A stretch of 64,000 nt of DNA from the human T2T-CHM13v2.0 reference genome, Homo sapiens. Shown here piece by piece: positions 58,839 to 64,000 of the stretch. How positions within the stretch are numbered: the first letter of the stretch is position 1; each line of letters opens with the position of its first letter. The DNA is taken from NCBI RefSeq assembly GCF_009914755.1, contig NC_060939.1. One strand, given 5' to 3'. The notes beneath the pieces are model-generated. The model ran no database searches, had not been told where the DNA came from, and was given only the letters and a program-made list of their open reading frames with translations. The translations under genes and the position numbers were made by a program.

Positions 58839-58930
58839 CACACACAAAGCTAGGGCTGGGGACCAGGTTTACATACAAAGCTGGGGCTGGGGACGAGGGT
58901 CACACACAAAGCTAGGGCTGGGGACCAGGG
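58839..58930. repeat. 31-bp tandem repeat x3 within a MIR
   Basis: cacacacaaagctagggctggggaccagg units. Confidence 0.9.
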
Positions 58931-59719
58931 CTGTTGCCTTCAAGGCCAGACCTTTCTGCTGTACCCCACCACCTGTTCAGTGATGTAGTCATGAGGGGAA
59001 TAATTCCTTATCAACTTGTGCAGAGGCTTAAAGACCTGGTGGACCTGAAACTGCCTCGGCTAGCTCCTGGCACACAGTAGGTTCATAAAGGACTCACTTC
59101 ATCAGACTTGACTTCAGAGTGGTGGCGAGTGGAAACAAAGGATTTCACACATTAAATCATATTCTGCATTAAACGCATTACATCTGCAGTTCCCCAGAGC
59201 ATGTATGTGAAGTAGCAAACAGGCCTGGGTTACCCAGATGATTGTTCTGGCAACAGCAACATGGCCCAGATGGGAGCAGAGTCCTAGCGTGCACCAGATG
59301 AGCAAGGCAGGCTCAGAATTCAGAGGTGGGAATGGAGGCCAGAGAGCCAGTGGGCTCCAGGGTTGGGGCAGGAAGGAGTGTGTGGTGAGGGGGTTAGGCG
59401 TGCAGGTGACTGCAAGAGAATTGTGCCTGGTGCAGGTGAGGGAGGCTGTATTACCCAGGGCTTGGAGAGCTGCGTTTAGTAGGACATTGTCTCTGGGGAT
59501 TGTTCAAACAAACACAGTGGTCCTGGAGCCTGCGTTTTGGTTTTTCTGGTTTTTGAAATGTTCTATATATTCATTTTTTAATTAGGAAGAGAAAAATAGT
59601 TATTAAAAAAGAGTACATAAAGTTTCATTCCTAATGTTATATTTTAAACAACCTAATACAGAAATAATCCACATGTACAAAACAGATGAACCATAACAAA
59701 ACTAAGCCAAAGCACCATA

Positions 59720-60775
<1,056 letters not shown>

Positions 60776-60980
60776 CCAAAAAACTAAGCCAAAGCAATCA
60801 TCCAAATAGCAATCACCCAACTCAAAACAAACAAACAAGAAAACATCCAAAACACCCCCAAAGACAAAGCCCAGCATCTCTGAACCCCAGTAGCTGGCTC
60901 ATCCCAGTGTCCTGGCTGTCACCTTGTGGTACTCAGTCTCTGGAATGCTGCCTGGTCAAGATGGGGTTAAGGGCACTTAC

Positions 60981-61063
60981 TTGATCATCTGCGGCACAGT
61001 GACCTTGGAATTTTCTTCAAATGCGTTCATCATGAGCCCATTGCATCGGATGTTATCCACACA
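60981..61063 (-). CDS. RASGRF1: RASGRF1 coding exon [27 protein letters not shown](K)
   Basis: 83 nt; TTCCAG| acceptor, AA|GTAAGT donor. Confidence 0.96.
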
Positions 61064-63423
61064 CTGGAATCAGAGAGAGGACCCCAGGGTCAGAGCTCTC
61101 CATTCCTGGACCCAGGCCCACCAGGAGCTCTGCCAACTGTAAAGTTCACATGCCTCAGTCTGATACAGGGTCCTCAAGCTTCAAGGGCATTGTCCTGGCA
61201 AAGGCAGGGTCAGCGTGGCGCATCCTTTAGACTTTGGCCGGAAGTCAAGTCTCAGTTGAATGACCTTGGGGAACTTACTTGACCTCAAGTCTTAGTTTCA
61301 TTATATGCAAAGTGGGGATAATGACTTCTACCTCACTGGGTTGATTACAAACAACCACTGGGATGCAAAATGAATGCATCTGACACTGACCATTCTGTTG
61401 CTGACCTCTGGGGTCCAGTGTCAAGGACAAGATCAGATCCATGGTGATGTGGGATCTCTCTCCTGGGAGGCCAGCCCAGCAGGGCCTCTGCGCCACTGCA
61501 CGAGGGTGCTGAACTGTTCTCTCTGTCCTCTGACCACCACAGTGCCAACACTTGGATGCTGTGGATGGTTTTCCATATGAAGAGTCCATGGGTGTGGGGC
61601 CCTGGAGAAGGCAAGGCTGCTGGCGGGAGGGGCACAGATGATTGTACATTTCACTCGGCCTCCAAAAATATTCAAAATCCAAATTTTGCTTTGAATAGGA
61701 AGTACCCGCCCAAACAAAAATAAAAACTGCATCTCTTGGGGGAGCTGCCTCTTTTCCCCTGCACTGTCCCCTGCCCTGGGTCTTCACATTTCTGCCATGA
61801 GAGGGTTTCTTCTTGGCATAGCGATAGGGAAGGCTTGGTGGCACATCACAGAATCTTCTGGTTTTGAGAATGTGTGTGTTGCAGGGAGGAGGGTGTCAAA
61901 GTCATTGGGAAGTGGCAGCTGAGAGCTGGCACAGTGGGTGGTGGAGCTCCCAGGCCCAGACTTCTGGGCAAGGCCACGACCCCAAAGAGGGAGGCTTCTG
62001 TCATTTGCATTTCTCAGCCCCACTTCTCCCACCCATCTGACAATCTCTCTAGCTTTGGTTCTACCAGCAACTCCAAAACAAAGAAGACTTGGCCATGGGC
62101 TCAGAGTGTTATGGAGGCAGGAGGGCTTGGGGAAGGGGCCAGAGGACTCCCACCTTGACCCCTTCACTGGCATCCACAACGGCTGCCAGGAGGGCAGAGG
62201 CCTGGTGGGCACCCTCTGGGCAAGCAGCCCCAGGCCTTTGACGGCTGCGGCTCACTGGGGATGTGAAAGGGCAAAGCTCAGGGTCTGCAGTTTTCTCTAG
62301 GGCTTTCTGGGTGTTTTGAAGACATGTGGGAAGACTCAGAACAGGCACGTGCCATGCATCATCCCACCCGCCTTACTCCTCTGGGACTGCGAGATGGGCA
62401 GGTGGGCCAGAAGGAAGGCTGGGAGCGGCAGTCAGGGGAGCCTGGAAGGGGCACAAAACCAAGAAGGTGGGGAGCAAGCAAGGGAAGCCGTCCTAGGTCC
62501 CACGAAGATGCTGCCCTGCCCTTTCAGTTTCTACAGGCACAGGCCTCCTGCAACCCTCTAGACCATGGGGGGCCACCAACCTCCCTCCCCTTCTGCTGTT
62601 GGCTGCTCTCCTACCACCCCACCCCGCAGAGAGGATGGCCAAGGCTCCCAGCTGCTGGGATGGCACATCCCTGACCCATCACAGGCCCTTGCTGGGCTCA
62701 GGGAGGGGCCTGTCCTGGGGCCTAAACCCCGGTGCTGCTGACAGCCTCTTTATAGACTCAAGTCTCACCCCTTGTACTTTAGGCACCCATGGGCATTCTG
62801 GGTCTGCTCACTGGTGCCTGGAAAAGTCTGTGCTTCCTGCTTAATGCTCCAAATAGGGTGAATGACCCTAAGGCTTACAGCAGGCCAAAGCAAAACTAAA
62901 TCTTCCGTGTGCATAATTGAGGCTGGGTTTGATCTTAGGTAGCTGCCCCGACTCACTGAAGAAGCTACCCTTGGCTTTCAGGGACACCGTTCTCTCGCTG
63001 TGAACATTATTACATCTAATATGTTCAGACTTTTCTGTGCGTATCAATGACCTGGGGCATGTACTAAAATGCGGATTTACAGGTCACATGCCAACAATTT
63101 AGATCTGTAGGTCTGCAGGATAGTGGGGAAAGGGGAGAAGGGTCCAGGAAACTGAAGTTTTTAAAATCACCTTGCTAGGTGATACAGATGCAAGAGGGGT
63201 TTCCAGACCACACTTTCAAGGTGACCCAGGGGACTACAAACGGGATGGACTAGCTGAGCTCAGCTTTGGGTAGGGCTGTGGACTTGGAAGATTCTTGCAT
63301 CTTTCTCTGTAGAACAGTGCAGCTACTCCACCACCCCCACCCCCTACCTGCCACCAGCCAAATCCCTGACCTGGTTAGGCATGAAGGGACCACTCGCTTT
63401 CAGGAACAGGTGACGCTACTCAC

Positions 63424-63560
63424 CTGGCTGATGTCACTGGTCCACGCTGCCTTCTCCTGTCTGGACGAGGCCACTAGGATGACTGTAAAGGGCGGGGAAT
63501 CCTTTGGCTCCACCCCGATTTTAAAATCCAAGTGATCTATGTCTTGGCCGGATCCTTTGG
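63424..63560 (-). CDS. RASGRF1: RASGRF1 coding exon, end of PH2 domain: (A)[45 protein letters not shown]
   Basis: 137 nt; acceptor ACTGGAAG|, donor CAG|GTGAGT. Confidence 0.95.
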
Positions 63561-64000
63561 CTTCCAGTTGTAAAACATAAAGTTAGCAGCATGAATGTGA
63601 ACGCCTTTTCAGGTGGAAAATGTTTTAGTGGTCCCTGTCGTACGTACCAGTGGAGGCTCTGCGTTGGTAAGGCACCAGGCCAATTGCTGCTACTTTCAGA
63701 ATATTATTTTCCTAAGTGGGAAATCCCCATTTCAAAGATGGAAGAACTAAGACGTAGCTTACAACCACTCAGGGGCAGTTCCGGATTCAGAGCAGGAGAG
63801 CCTTTAGGAATCACAGTCTGCCCTCTGCCCTCATTACACCAATGGAGGTGAGGTCACGGGCGAGGACTTGCCCAAGGCTCCCAGCAGGGTGGTGGCCAAG
63901 CCAGGGCAGGGCTAGAATGGGCCTCTCAGCCAGGCCCTCCTGCTACCCCAAGGTGGTTCTGGGGCCAAATGAGGAACTTCAAGGTCTTAAACTTTTATGG

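Overview
Human (primate) genomic DNA. About 58 kb of the window is the 3' part of the neuronal Ras guanine-nucleotide exchange factor gene RASGRF1 on the minus strand. I located 17 coding exons by hand, each with GT-AG boundaries and consistent phases. They run from the end of the second PH domain through REM, the Ser/Pro-rich linker and the CDC25 catalytic domain to the stop codon (7803-7805). A 3' UTR with two poly(A) signals follows, then about 5.5 kb of LTR/Alu-rich intergenic DNA. The introns are dense in Alu, L1, L2, MIR, ERV1/MaLR LTRs and hAT/TcMar DNA transposons. There is no prokaryotic-type system, and nearly all ORFs in the supplied track are repeat-derived or antisense shadows. 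The best leads are in splicing and genome dynamics: a candidate 17-nt poison microexon inside the CDC25 domain, a YCAY-covered PTC-generating alternative acceptor, a 39-nt coding cassette exonised from an L2 tail, a 113-bp locally templated insertion inside an Alu, and a palindrome-derived 51-bp minisatellite. Repeat family names and repeat boundaries are by eye and approximate.
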